Of a stretch of 47,451 nt of DNA, positions 1-10,048 are shown piece after piece. Source of the stretch: Candidatus Micrarchaeota archaeon (GTDB lineage: Archaea > Micrarchaeota > Micrarchaeia > Norongarragalinales > SBBD01); assembly GCA_038046605.1 (NCBI GenBank), contig JBBSVW010000089.1:1-47451 (forward strand), given 5' to 3'. Numbering within the stretch: the stretch's first letter is position 1; the number at the start of each line of letters is the position of its first letter. A program made the position numbers and the translations under genes. A model generated the notes under the pieces. That model saw nothing but the letters and a program-made list of their open reading frames with translations, did no database searches and had not been told where the DNA came from.

Positions 1-2
1 GG

Positions 3-233
3 AACATCCTCAAGCAGGAGATGCTCTCGATTGGCGGGGAAGTTGTTGTTTCCAAATACACTGTCAATTGCTCAAAGCCCCAAACCGATGTCCTCATAAT
101 GGGCACCCTTAGGCATTTCTACCGCCTAATCCAAAAGATGAAGGTGCAGGGATGGATTTTGGAAAAGGACAAGGAGCTGGAATACAAGGCGGTTGCGAAT
201 GAAATAGAAAAAGCTTTAAAAGAAAGCGTGTAA
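3..233 (+). CDS. 3' part of a gene truncated by the window edge; resembles the N-terminal extension domain of long-form dihydropteroate synthases
   Basis: Frame is open from position 3: NILKQEMLSIGGEVVV...TDVLIMGTLRHF...LIQKMKVQ matches the recalled NILKQEMLSxGG..TDVLLMGT pattern of long FolP N-termini. The ORF stops at 233 with no TIM barrel after it. Confidence 0.55.
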   Translation, partial: NILKQEMLSIGGEVVVSKYTVNCSKPQTDVLIMGTLRHFYRLIQKMKVQGWILEKDKELEYKAVANEIEKALKESV

Positions 234-296
234 TGTAATTGCAAGTTTGTTTTTTTATAGCAGGGGAATTTTTTCAAATGGGGTGCAACCAATAAT

Positions 297-1037
297 ATGG
301 GCGATTTTTCCAAGTGGCTATGTGGCAAGGGCATTTTTTTCGTTGCGATATTTGCGGCAGCCGTGCTGATTGCCGACCAGTTCAAGGTTGCGGCGGTTTG
401 GGGCGCAACGAATCAATATTTTACGCTATTCCAATTCATGGGCCCAATTGCAGGGGGGATCCTTGGGCCATTTGCGGGAGTGGCATCCGTTTTGTTCGCC
501 CAGCTTTTGAGCTTCCTATATTTGGGCAAGGCATTTGATGCCCTAAATATCCTGCGCCTAGCGCCAATGCTCTTTGCAACCTATTATTTTGCAAAATTCG
601 GCCTGAAGAAGGGCCTGAATGGCAATTATGCAATTCTTGCTCCCGTTGCCGCAATCCTTCTTTTCATTACCAACCCCATTGGTTCGCAGGTTTGGTATTA
701 CTCCCTCTTCTGGACAATACCGGTGATTGCCGCCCTCTTTTTTGCAAACAATCTCTTTGCCCGCTCGCTTGGCGCCTCATTCACAGCGCATGCGATTGGA
801 GGCATCATATGGCTATTCTTGGTCCCAACAACCCCCGCTTTCTGGGCGGCGCTCATCCCTGTTGTGATAATTGAGCGGCTGGTTTTTGCATCTGGAATAT
901 CCGTTTCCTTCATCGCATTCAACACGGTGCTTGGTAGGGTGGAGTCGATTATTCCTTCAAACCTGGTCCAAATCGACCGCAGGTACGCCCTTTTTGCAAC
1001 TCCGGTTCCCGCGAGGATTAGGGGAAGGCGCAGGTAG
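297..1037 (+). CDS. Polytopic membrane protein, possible ECF-transporter S-component-like substrate-binding subunit
   Basis: 246 aa with about 7 hydrophobic segments. GPIAGGILGPFAG resembles the PxxxxGxLxGPxxG helix of S-components. Confidence 0.5.
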   Translation: MGDFSKWLCGKGIFFVAIFAAAVLIADQFKVAAVWGATNQYFTLFQFMGPIAGGILGPFAGVASVLFAQLLSFLYLGKAFDALNILRLAPMLFATYYFAKFGLKKGLNGNYAILAPVAAILLFITNPIGSQVWYYSLFWTIPVIAALFFANNLFARSLGASFTAHAIGGIIWLFLVPTTPAFWAALIPVVIIERLVFASGISVSFIAFNTVLGRVESIIPSNLVQIDRRYALFATPVPARIRGRRR

Positions 1038-1104
1038 GTTTTTTTTATTTTTTCCTTTCCTTCTTCCTTTTAAACATCAAATTTCAAAACGCATAGCGAT
1101 ATTC

Positions 1105-2826
1105 ATGCCCGAAAGATACCTCATAACAGCCGCCTTGCCGTATGTGAACAATGTGCCCCATATAGGAAATATCGTAGGGAGCCACCTTCCGGCGGATATT
1201 TTTGCAAGATACTGCCGGCTAAAGGGCAGGGAAACCCTATTCATAGGCGGAACCGACGAGCACGGCTCCCCATCCGAAATAGCGGCGCAAAAGGCGGGCA
1301 TGCCCGTCCAGAAGCTTTGCGACACTTTTTATGAAATCCACAGCAAAATTTACAAGTGGTTTGGCATCTCATATGATAATTTTTCCCGCACTAGCAGGCC
1401 CATTCATCACGAGATGACCAAATCCTTCTTCCTTGAATTGCATAAAAACGGCTTCATTTCCGAGCAGGCAATGAAGATGCCTTACTGTGAGCGGGATATG
1501 CGCTTCCTTGCGGATAGGTATGTTGAGGGCATTTGCCCAAAGTGCGCAAATAAGGCCGCGCGCGGGGACCAATGCGAGCAGTGCGGTTCAATGCTCACCC
1601 CTTCGGAACTTTTGAACCCCTACTGCGTGCTTTGCAAATCAAAGCCGGTCACCCGGGAAACAACGCACCTTTTTTTGAATCTGGATAAATTGCAGCCCAA
1701 ATTGGAGGAGTGGCTGAATGCAAACAATCACTGGAAGCCGCAGGTCAGGAATCTTGCCCTTGGATGGATCAAGGAAGGCCTAAGGAGGAGGGCAATAACG
1801 CGCGACCTGAAATGGGGCGTTAAGGTCCCAATCGAGGGCTACTCCGAAAAGGTATTGTATGTTTGGTTTGATGCGCCAATTGGCTATATCTCCTCTACAA
1901 AGGAATGGATTGCAAAAAAAGGCGATCCCGAAAAGAAGGATTATGAGCTAAAAAAATGGTGGGTCGATAAAAAAACCAAGCTTTACCATTTCATAGGGAA
2001 GGACAACATCCCATTCCACACTATATTTTTCCCGGCGATGCTTATTGGCGAAGGGCATTACATCCTTCCCTATCAGGTCGCCGGCTACCAATTCCTCAAC
2101 TATGAGGGTGGTAAAATCTCCAAAAGCAAGAAGCATGGCATTTTCTGCGAGGCATTCATCGAGGACGCGGCGGATTCCCTGCCTTCGGATGTGTGGCGCT
2201 TTTTCCTGGCGCTCAAGCTGCCGGAGGTGCGTGACACCGAATTCACCTGGAGCGAATTTGAAAGCCGGATCAATACCGAGCTCATGGGCAATTTGTCCAA
2301 TTTTGTAAACCGTGTCACAAATTTCATCGAAAATAAGAGGAATTCGCAGATAAAGCGCCCCGGAAAATTGACCGCGCAGGACGAGGAGCTCATGAAGGAA
2401 ATAAAAAATTACGTTGACAAGGTGGATGGGCTCTACGATAATGTGGAAATCGTTTCCGCCCTAACCACAATTCTTGAGCTATCCGCAAAAGGCAACCAGT
2501 ATTTCCAGGCAAACGAGCCCTGGAAGCGCCAGGAGCGGCAGGAGGCCGTGCTTTGGGTTTGCGCAAACATCTGCAAGGCGCTTGGCGTGATGCTCTTCCC
2601 GATAATTCCGCAAGCCTCGATAAAAATAAGGCACATTTTGAATATCAAGGAGGATTTTGATTGGGATGATGCCGGTAAGCCCCTTCCAAATGCCCACAAA
2701 TTAGGCAAAAGCGAAATCCTTTTCTACCGGATCGAACCGATAAAGATGAAGGAGCTTAAGGAAACCACCACCAAATTAGGGAAGGTGGAGGAAAAGATCG
2801 GAAAGCACAAGGTGCATGCGGACTAG
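1105..2826 (+). CDS. metG: Methionine--tRNA ligase (no C-terminal Trbp111 domain)
   Basis: ITAALPYVNNVPHIGN (HIGH motif), GTDEHG, Zn knuckle CPKC..GDQCEQC, YVWFDAPIGY, GKDNIPFH, KISKS. Start moved to ATG 1105. Confidence 0.97.
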   Translation: MPERYLITAALPYVNNVPHIGNIVGSHLPADIFARYCRLKGRETLFIGGTDEHGSPSEIAAQKAGMPVQKLCDTFYEIHSKIYKWFGISYDNFSRTSRPIHHEMTKSFFLELHKNGFISEQAMKMPYCERDMRFLADRYVEGICPKCANKAARGDQCEQCGSMLTPSELLNPYCVLCKSKPVTRETTHLFLNLDKLQPKLEEWLNANNHWKPQVRNLALGWIKEGLRRRAITRDLKWGVKVPIEGYSEKVLYVWFDAPIGYISSTKEWIAKKGDPEKKDYELKKWWVDKKTKLYHFIGKDNIPFHTIFFPAMLIGEGHYILPYQVAGYQFLNYEGGKISKSKKHGIFCEAFIEDAADSLPSDVWRFFLALKLPEVRDTEFTWSEFESRINTELMGNLSNFVNRVTNFIENKRNSQIKRPGKLTAQDEELMKEIKNYVDKVDGLYDNVEIVSALTTILELSAKGNQYFQANEPWKRQERQEAVLWVCANICKALGVMLFPIIPQASIKIRHILNIKEDFDWDDAGKPLPNAHKLGKSEILFYRIEPIKMKELKETTTKLGKVEEKIGKHKVHAD

Positions 2827-2834
2827 TGGTTATT

Positions 2835-3227
2835 ATGCTTAGCAGGAAACGAATAATTGAAATTAAACGGGATTTTAAGATAGTGACGCCTTCTCGAGAG
2901 GAAACAAGAAGCTTCATCGACCATTTTTACCAGGCCCATTTAAAATTCACTTCCGATCCGTCCTACGGGGCGATTTTCAAACCGCCAAAGGGCTTGCCAT
3001 TGCACGTGCAAATATACCCATATAAAACCCGCCAATCCACTGGAAGGATGAGCAATTTTGAAGCATCGCTGCATGCAATGTTCGAGGGATCTGGCGTCCC
3101 AACATTTCGGGGTTCCCATGCTAGGGGATTTGGGGTTAGGATCAGCCATATCCGAAATGATCTGGGCGGCCAAGACCTTTGCATGCGGCTAGTGCTCAAA
3201 GCCAAGGTTCCAAGGGCAAAAAAATAA
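2835..3227 (+). CDS. Hypothetical basic protein (orphan-like)
   Basis: About 130-aa R/K/H-rich ORF directly after the metG stop; no recognised motif. Confidence 0.6.
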   Translation: MLSRKRIIEIKRDFKIVTPSREETRSFIDHFYQAHLKFTSDPSYGAIFKPPKGLPLHVQIYPYKTRQSTGRMSNFEASLHAMFEGSGVPTFRGSHARGFGVRISHIRNDLGGQDLCMRLVLKAKVPRAKK

Positions 3228-3305
3228 AATAACCTTTAAATACCACCTCTGATTACACATTCTAAAGTTGGTTATTTTCAAAAATTGGATGCAACGTGAT
3301 GCCCT

Positions 3306-4622
3306 ATGGCCGAGAAGGCGGATGACAAGAAGGCTGATTTGAAAAAGGGTGCTGATTCCCAAAAAAGCCCGCGCGTTGTATCGATAGATGATAAAAAATC
3401 GAGGCAAAAGGATGTGATTTCAAAGCTTGCTTCCGAGCAGCCAAATTCCATTTCTCCCGAAAAATCCCCCCTTAATGCGCCCGGAGCGGCAAAGGTCCAA
3501 TTCAATATCAGCTTCGAGCTGGACAAGGCTGCCAGGGCAAAAATCCCATTCATGATTGCATCAATTGTTTTCCTGGCGGTTTCTTTCATCATGCTGGAAA
3601 AAGTGGGCTTTTCATTCGCGGACATCTTCGATTTTGCGCGGATATCCAATAATTTTGATAAGCTCTTTAGCATCTCGTTCATCCTCTTTTTCATCCTCTA
3701 TTGCCTATCCCTTGCGCTTGGCGCGTTCTTTGGCTTTAATGTGCGCTCTTCAAATGCGTTCATCTTTTCGATGCTTGTTGTGATACCCATCTTCATAGGC
3801 TTTTTGCTGGATCCGGGGCATAGGTATTTCCTTGCATACATTTGGCTTGCATTCGGCGTCATCTTGAGCGTTCTTTTCGCAACCCTTTACGATAACCTTA
3901 ATTTCAGCTCAATATACAAGGGCATGGGAAGCGCCCTTTTCATCCTCGTACTGGTTGCGGTCCTATTTTCGGCGGTGAAGGTCAATTCGGAGAAGGATTT
4001 CTATTTTTCAATGTTCATTAGCAATGTTGCAAAGCTTACCCCCCAGCTTCAGGGCCAGGTGCAAGGTTCGCTTGGTGATGTAATTGAGAACATAAAGCTC
4101 TCGGATGCACAGATTACCGATCTTGCAGCTGACGATTCAACCACCTATATGACCGATGAATCGATCAAATCCCTCGTTTCATTGCAATATGGCGCATTCC
4201 GGGAGGCCGTTGCCGGCTCATTCAAAAAGCCCGACGATCAAAAATACGTCCGCGACAACACCGCCAAAACCTATGCGCTTCTTGACGCCGCTTCCCAAAA
4301 CAAGCTTTTTGAGGAAACCAAAACAGCATTGAAAAACCCATCCACTTCCAAGGTTTCCGGTGGCGCCATGCTCGCGGTTTGGCCAAAGATGAGGAAGGCG
4401 CTTGCCGACCATGTGCGGAATGCGGAGGCGAAAACCGAGCTGGAGGAGGGCGACCTGGCTGCAATAAAATCCAACCTGGATAGGATACCGTTTGTGAAGC
4501 AGTTCAAGGACTATTTTGAGTTCTTCATTGCGCTGCTGCTATTTTCCATGCTATCCGCTGCGGTTTGGGTCATGCGCTTGCTTTCAAGTGCATTTTGCTT
4601 TGCGATTACTAAAATAATTTGA
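3306..4622 (+). CDS. Hypothetical multi-pass membrane protein with large extramembrane loop
   Basis: 438 aa: charged N-terminus, about 5 TM segments, a helical soluble region and a C-terminal TM segment. Confidence 0.8.
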   Translation: MAEKADDKKADLKKGADSQKSPRVVSIDDKKSRQKDVISKLASEQPNSISPEKSPLNAPGAAKVQFNISFELDKAARAKIPFMIASIVFLAVSFIMLEKVGFSFADIFDFARISNNFDKLFSISFILFFILYCLSLALGAFFGFNVRSSNAFIFSMLVVIPIFIGFLLDPGHRYFLAYIWLAFGVILSVLFATLYDNLNFSSIYKGMGSALFILVLVAVLFSAVKVNSEKDFYFSMFISNVAKLTPQLQGQVQGSLGDVIENIKLSDAQITDLAADDSTTYMTDESIKSLVSLQYGAFREAVAGSFKKPDDQKYVRDNTAKTYALLDAASQNKLFEETKTALKNPSTSKVSGGAMLAVWPKMRKALADHVRNAEAKTELEEGDLAAIKSNLDRIPFVKQFKDYFEFFIALLLFSMLSAAVWVMRLLSSAFCFAITKII

Positions 4623-4693
4623 AGCAAATAAGCGACTTTTTAAATGCGGATTTCTACTCCTATTAAAATTAATTGCATTCTGGATGATACCAA

Positions 4694-5908
4694 ATGAAAG
4701 CAGTCCTCCTTGCTGGCGGCTATGGAACTCGCATGTTCCCCCTGACCTTACGGACCCCAAAGCCCCTGCTTCCAATTGCGGGAATACCGGTTTTGGAGCA
4801 TTCCATACGCCTATTGGTATCCGCCGGGATTTTGGATATAGTTATTTCAGCAAAGGAAAACCAAAAAAAGCTCGAATCATATTTTGGCTCGGGAAGTGAA
4901 TTTGGCGCAAAAATCACCTACCTTTACGAGCCGGAAGTTCCCGAAGAAGCCAAGATGGGGTCCGTTGGCGCCATGGATTTCATCTTCAGGAATTTAAGCG
5001 TGGATGATGATTTCATTGTGATTGGCGGGGACAATTATGTGTATGGCCTCAACCTTGCAGAATTCCATGCCTCCCATTCAAATAGGCGCGCCCATGCCTC
5101 AATTGCCCTCTTCAACCTTCAAAACCGGGACGATGTGAAACTTTTCGGGGTGGCAAAGCTCGATAAGGCCGGGCGAATAACAAAATTCCAGGAAAAGCCC
5201 ACTCCGGATAGGGCGCTTTCAACCCTGGCATCCACGGCCATTTACGCGCTTGATAGGGCTTTTATTAAAAAACACCTCCCAGAATACGTCAAAAGAAGGC
5301 ATCAGGCAGGGGAAAAGGCCGACAAGATTGGCGATCTTTGGGAGCATTTCGTATCCGACCTTCACATCGCAGGCCATCCCTTTGAGGGAATCTGGGGGGA
5401 TATTGGAAGCTGCGAGGGCTACCTTGAAACTAACAAGAAGGCTTTTGATGTGATGATGAAAAATCCCCCAAGCATTCTTGGAAAAATCTCCCAAAATTCA
5501 AAAATCGCAAAAACCGCCCAGCTGATCCCGCCAATTATTATCGACGACAATTGCATCGTTGAGGAAGGCGCGATAATTGGGCCGTACGTCCATTTGATGC
5601 ACGATTCGCAGGTAGGGAAAAACTGCGCAATTTCCAATTCAGTTGTTTTCGAACGTTGCAAAATCGGGGAAAATTCTAAAATCCAAAATTCCATTATTGA
5701 TGGCGAGGCGGTTATTGGGAAAAATTCACTTATTTCCGATGGCTCGGTTGTTGGCTATAAGGTGGCAATTGGCGGCAAATGCCATGTAATAGGCTCCAAA
5801 ATTTACCCCGGAATACGCATAGATGCGCTCTCTGATATCCGCGGCGATCTCAAAAACGACCTCTCGCCATCCTCCAAGCAGATGATTAGCTCGTGCTACT
5901 GGCTTTGA
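4694..5908 (+). CDS. NDP-sugar synthase (sugar-phosphate nucleotidyltransferase with left-handed beta-helix; mannose-1-P guanylyltransferase-like)
   Basis: AVLLAGGYGTRMFPLT..PKPLLPI, FQEKP, WGDIG, and C-terminal hexapeptide repeats. Confidence 0.93.
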   Translation: MKAVLLAGGYGTRMFPLTLRTPKPLLPIAGIPVLEHSIRLLVSAGILDIVISAKENQKKLESYFGSGSEFGAKITYLYEPEVPEEAKMGSVGAMDFIFRNLSVDDDFIVIGGDNYVYGLNLAEFHASHSNRRAHASIALFNLQNRDDVKLFGVAKLDKAGRITKFQEKPTPDRALSTLASTAIYALDRAFIKKHLPEYVKRRHQAGEKADKIGDLWEHFVSDLHIAGHPFEGIWGDIGSCEGYLETNKKAFDVMMKNPPSILGKISQNSKIAKTAQLIPPIIIDDNCIVEEGAIIGPYVHLMHDSQVGKNCAISNSVVFERCKIGENSKIQNSIIDGEAVIGKNSLISDGSVVGYKVAIGGKCHVIGSKIYPGIRIDALSDIRGDLKNDLSPSSKQMISSCYWL

Positions 5909-5976
5909 TATTTTGGAAAAATGCTTGCCTTATGCCGTTTTTATATTATTTCCCCCTAACTTTCCAAAGGATAGTT

Positions 5977-7578
5977 ATGCACTGGGCCGATCAATTAGCG
6001 GAAAAGATAATCGAGCGCTCACAGAAAGAGGGCGTCATTGCCAATGTGAAATGCCAGCAAACGCCATCCGGCGCAAAGCACATAGGCAATCTCAATGATG
6101 TTGCGCGCGCCTATTTCCCCTACAAATCCGTGCTTGAAAAGGGCCATAAGGCAACATTTGTGCACACAACCGATGATCGCGATCCCCTAAAGGATATTCC
6201 CCTGAAATTGCCCGATCTAGAGGGAAAATGGCATTACACAAAGGATTTGCCCGATCTTACCCCCCATTTGGGCAAGCCCTTATTTACCGTACCCGACCCC
6301 TTTGGCTGCTGCAAGAGCTGGAGCGTGCATTTCACAAAAGTTTGGATGGATGGGGTGAACCTGCTAGGGATGCATCCGGAGCTTCATTCCGTTGACGCCC
6401 TATACCGCGAAGGCAAATTCGAGCCGTATATAAAAACGATATTCGAAAAGAGGGAAATTGCAGGGAAGCTGATTGCTTCATTCCAGGCAACCAAATCGCA
6501 GGATTACATCCCATTTGATGCGATCTGCCAGAATTGCGGCGTCCTTGCTAATGTTGATTCGTTCAATGTCAATGCGCATACGGTGCACTATGTTTGCGGA
6601 GGGAAGGCAATCAAGAAGAAGATGAGCGAAGGGTGCGGCTTTGAGGGGGAAACCGATTGGAAAAACGGCAAATTGCAATGGCGCTTCGAATGGCCCGCGC
6701 TTTGGGGCATCTTCCACACAACTTATGAGCCATTTGGAAAGGACCATTTCGAGGGCAGCTGGAAGAGCGGCATTGAAATCATGAAGCAAATTTACAATGT
6801 TGAACCCCCAATCCCATTCGTTTACGAATTTTTCCTAGTCAATGGCCAGAAAATGAGCGCCAGCAAGGGAAATGTGTATGTTGTTCAGGACATGCTCAAA
6901 ATAATGGAGCCGGAGGCGTTCCTATTCTATTATGTGAAGCGGCCCGAAAAGCAGCGGGATTTGGAGCTCTCGCGCATATGGGCCCTCCTTGATGAATTTG
7001 ACGCCGCAGAGCGCGTATATTTTGGAAAGGAGCAGGAGCGCACAGAAAACCGCGAGGAAAATACCATTAGGATGTATGAGATGGCCGTTGGCAAAAAGCC
7101 AGTTGAATATGCAAGGCGAATTTCCTATTCTTTTGGCGCATACATCATCCAGCTCTTCAACGAGGACCAGTGCATCTCAATTCTAAGGCGCCTTTCGCAT
7201 GTTGAATCCGATGCGGAAATATCCCTAGCTAAAATGCGCCTCGCGCTTGCAAGGAACTGGATCAACCTATATGCGCCGGATGATGCCAAAGTGCACATCC
7301 TGAATGAGGGTGAAGCAAACGATAAGCACGCCTCCCTTGCCGCGCCCCTAAGGGATGCCCTTCGCGAATTTGGCGATTACTTTGATAAAGAGGGGAATTC
7401 CGATAAGCAGCAGGGGCAAATAAATGCGATATGCCAAAAGAACGGGATTTCCGTCCAGGATTTCTTCAAGGCGGCGTACCTGGTTTTCATAGGCAGGGAG
7501 CGTGGGCCTAAGCTTTTGCCTTTCTTGGAAGTGCAAAAGAAGGACTTTGTGGTAAAAAGATTGAATGGCGCAGGTTGA
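5977..7578 (+). CDS. lysS: Lysine--tRNA ligase, class I
   Basis: MHWAD start, TPSGAKHIGN, PDPFGC, GKLQWRFEWP, EPFGKDH, KMSASKGN, GPKL. Confidence 0.97.
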   Translation: MHWADQLAEKIIERSQKEGVIANVKCQQTPSGAKHIGNLNDVARAYFPYKSVLEKGHKATFVHTTDDRDPLKDIPLKLPDLEGKWHYTKDLPDLTPHLGKPLFTVPDPFGCCKSWSVHFTKVWMDGVNLLGMHPELHSVDALYREGKFEPYIKTIFEKREIAGKLIASFQATKSQDYIPFDAICQNCGVLANVDSFNVNAHTVHYVCGGKAIKKKMSEGCGFEGETDWKNGKLQWRFEWPALWGIFHTTYEPFGKDHFEGSWKSGIEIMKQIYNVEPPIPFVYEFFLVNGQKMSASKGNVYVVQDMLKIMEPEAFLFYYVKRPEKQRDLELSRIWALLDEFDAAERVYFGKEQERTENREENTIRMYEMAVGKKPVEYARRISYSFGAYIIQLFNEDQCISILRRLSHVESDAEISLAKMRLALARNWINLYAPDDAKVHILNEGEANDKHASLAAPLRDALREFGDYFDKEGNSDKQQGQINAICQKNGISVQDFFKAAYLVFIGRERGPKLLPFLEVQKKDFVVKRLNGAG

Positions 7579-7629
7579 ATTCGCCATATCGGGGATTTGG
7601 GGAACGCTTCAGGAAAATAATTAACTTAA

Positions 7630-7941
7630 TCAAAATCCCCTCAAGTATTTTATCATCTCGTGGCCTTCGGGGGTCATCATCTTCTCATTCCAGGCAGGCT
7701 CCCACACAAGCTCTGCAATGATTTGCTTAACCCCCTTGATTTTCCCAATTTCCGCCATGATTTGCCCGCGGATTTCCGGCTCAAGCGGGCAGCCGGGAAA
7801 TGTAAGGGAAAATTTAATATGGACCTTATCCTTATCCGGCACCATTACCTCATACACCAGCCCCAGATCATATATATTGATGCCAATTTCCGGATCAAAG
7901 CAGTTCTTGAGCGCTTCGATAACGTCTTTTTCAGTTGCCAT
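7630..7941 (-). CDS. DUF59/SufT-like metal-sulfur cluster assembly factor
   Basis: DPEIGINIYDLGLVY, LTFPGCP, LVWEPAW..M signature. Confidence 0.92.
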   Translation of the reverse strand: MATEKDVIEALKNCFDPEIGINIYDLGLVYEVMVPDKDKVHIKFSLTFPGCPLEPEIRGQIMAEIGKIKGVKQIIAELVWEPAWNEKMMTPEGHEMIKYLRGF

Positions 7942-7946
7942 ATGAA

Positions 7947-8702
7947 TTACCTCCTTTGGCTGAATATGCTTGCGCCGGCAAATAGGAACAGCGCGCAGAA
8001 AAACACCATCGCAATTAAATCGACAAAAAGCCCCATTGAACTAATGCCGAGCAATACCCCGCGAAAGGCATCAACCGCATAAGTCATGGGATTAATCCAG
8101 CTAAGGGCGCGAAGGATTATTGGCAGGTTTGCTAGGGGGAATAATGCGCCGCTAAGGAAGAACATTGGCATGTTGATGAATGTCATAACCAGATTGAACC
8201 CTTCGAAACTTTCCATTTTGGATCCGATAATGAGCCCGATGCTGACAATTGTGAGGGATGAAATGAACATTAACGCCAGCATTATTAGGAAAGTTGAAGG
8301 TGTGATGTTTACATTCAGGAATATTCCAATCAACAGGATCAATGTTCCCTGGATCATGGATGTTGTTGTCCCCCCAAGCGCCTTCCCAAGGAAAATTGAT
8401 ATCCTGGATAGCGGCGCAACCAAAATTTCCTTCAAAAAGCCAAACTGCCTATCCCAAATAATGGAAACCCCAAAGAAAATGGATGTAAAGAGTATTGTTA
8501 TCCCGATGATTCCGGGGAAAAGGAACGATTGGTAATTTGCAGCTCCAAAGCCCACCATCGAACCAAATCCCGAGCCGAAAATGAAAAGCCAAAGCAGCGG
8601 AGAAATGATGGAGGTCAAGATCCGCGATTTTTGCCTCTTGAACCTGATGAATTCCCTAAGCCAAATGGCCTTTATCCCGTTGAATTCGCGATTGTATTCC
8701 AT
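7947..8702 (-). CDS. ABC-2 type exporter permease (DrrB-like)
   Basis: YQSFLFPGI, DRQFGFLKEILVAP, FFLSGALFP, NPMTYAVDAFR; 6 TM segments. Confidence 0.93.
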   Translation of the reverse strand: MEYNREFNGIKAIWLREFIRFKRQKSRILTSIISPLLWLFIFGSGFGSMVGFGAANYQSFLFPGIIGITILFTSIFFGVSIIWDRQFGFLKEILVAPLSRISIFLGKALGGTTTSMIQGTLILLIGIFLNVNITPSTFLIMLALMFISSLTIVSIGLIIGSKMESFEGFNLVMTFINMPMFFLSGALFPLANLPIILRALSWINPMTYAVDAFRGVLLGISSMGLFVDLIAMVFFCALFLFAGASIFSQRR

Positions 8703-8821
8703 ATTGATCAAATCAGTTTATTCGTTAAAAAATATTCGTACTCATCAATGAAAATTTCCAATTCATTTATTTCTAAACAACAATTTATACGTTCGAGAGC
8801 CAATATCCATTTCCGAAATTA

Positions 8822-9808
8822 TTACCTCCTAAATGCCATTCTTTTCATCCCAGATGGTGCATCCTCCCTTCTGATATCCCTTCCGGTGAAATGGATGAAC
8901 ACATCGTTTAGCGAGGGTTTGTGTATTTCAATGCTTTCGATTGCGACCTTCATTTTTGTTGCAAGAGCCAAAATTTTCGGGAACGCGGCCTTTTCATCAG
9001 TTACTGTAATGTTGATTTGCCCTTCCAATGCCTGCGCCTTTTTAACGTAGGCAAGCCCTTTCAATGCCTCCTCCAGTTTCCCAAGATCCGCTTTTGATGC
9101 CTTGATTGCAATTACGCCCTTGCCATTGAGTTTTGCCTTCAATTCATCCGGAGATCCCAGAAGGACGATTTTTGCGTGATCGACAATTGCTATTCGGCTG
9201 CAAAGCTTCTCCGCCTCTTCCATGTAATGCGTTGTTAGGACGATAGTCACGCCATGCTCCTTATTGAGCTTTTCAACATATTCCCATATATGGATCCTTG
9301 TCTGGGGGTCAAGGCCAATTGTTGGCTCATCCAGGAACAATATTTTTGGGAAATGCATAAGGCCCCTTCCTATCTCAAGCCTCCTTTTCATGCCGCCTGA
9401 AAAAGTTTTCACAACATCGTTTTTCCTATCGGTAAGCTCAACTATGCCCAAAACCTCCTGCGCCCTTTTGGCTATCATTGCCTTTCCCATCCCATAAAGC
9501 CTCCCATGCATCTCAAGATTTTCCATTGCCGTCAATTCCTCATCCAAGCTCCCATCCTGAAATACTATTCCAATTGATTTCCGAACATCATCTTGTTGAG
9601 TATCGACATCAAAGCCATTTACCTTTGCATTCCCTGAAGTTGGCCTCAATATTGTGCACAGCATCGAAATCGTTGTGGTTTTGCCCGCTCCATTTGGCCC
9701 AAGGAGCCCAAAAATCTCTCCTTCCTTTATGCTAAGGCTAACCCCATCAACTGCCCTAAGCTTCCCAAAATCCTTGGTCAGATTTTCCGTTTCAATTATG
9801 GTTTTCAT
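8822..9808 (-). CDS. ABC exporter ATP-binding protein (DrrA-like)
   Basis: Walker A GPNGAGKTT, signature FSGGMKRR, Walker B LFLDEPT, TTHYMEEA, C-terminal PSLNDVFIHFTG. Confidence 0.95.
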   Translation of the reverse strand: MKTIIETENLTKDFGKLRAVDGVSLSIKEGEIFGLLGPNGAGKTTTISMLCTILRPTSGNAKVNGFDVDTQQDDVRKSIGIVFQDGSLDEELTAMENLEMHGRLYGMGKAMIAKRAQEVLGIVELTDRKNDVVKTFSGGMKRRLEIGRGLMHFPKILFLDEPTIGLDPQTRIHIWEYVEKLNKEHGVTIVLTTHYMEEAEKLCSRIAIVDHAKIVLLGSPDELKAKLNGKGVIAIKASKADLGKLEEALKGLAYVKKAQALEGQINITVTDEKAAFPKILALATKMKVAIESIEIHKPSLNDVFIHFTGRDIRREDAPSGMKRMAFRR

Positions 9809-9950
9809 GAAAAATCACAAGCCTAAAAAGTTTTAAATCCATCTGGCATATGTCCCTAAAACTTTGAACGGGTTCCTTCCATTTGTTTCGCGCCTGCTCC
9901 ATTTATACCTTTGTTTGATTATGAAATATTTAAGGTGTATATTCGTAGAC

Positions 9951-10048
9951 AAATTAAGGGGGTAGGGGCGACCTATTGAAGGGGTAGGGCAACCCGGTAG
10001 GGGAATGCTTTCCCCTTGGGGTTGGGGGATTATCCCCCTTGGGGTGTC
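9951..10048 (-). repeat. ~98-bp multi-hairpin repeat, copy 1 (begins at the stop of the MacB-like permease)
   Basis: The reverse complement aligns by eye with 16770-16866, with 16 differences in 98 columns. Confidence 0.9.

Noticed and set aside
8712-8821. AT-rich spacer between the ABC ATPase and permease as a gene relic
   Set aside because: Too short and stop-interrupted to assign.
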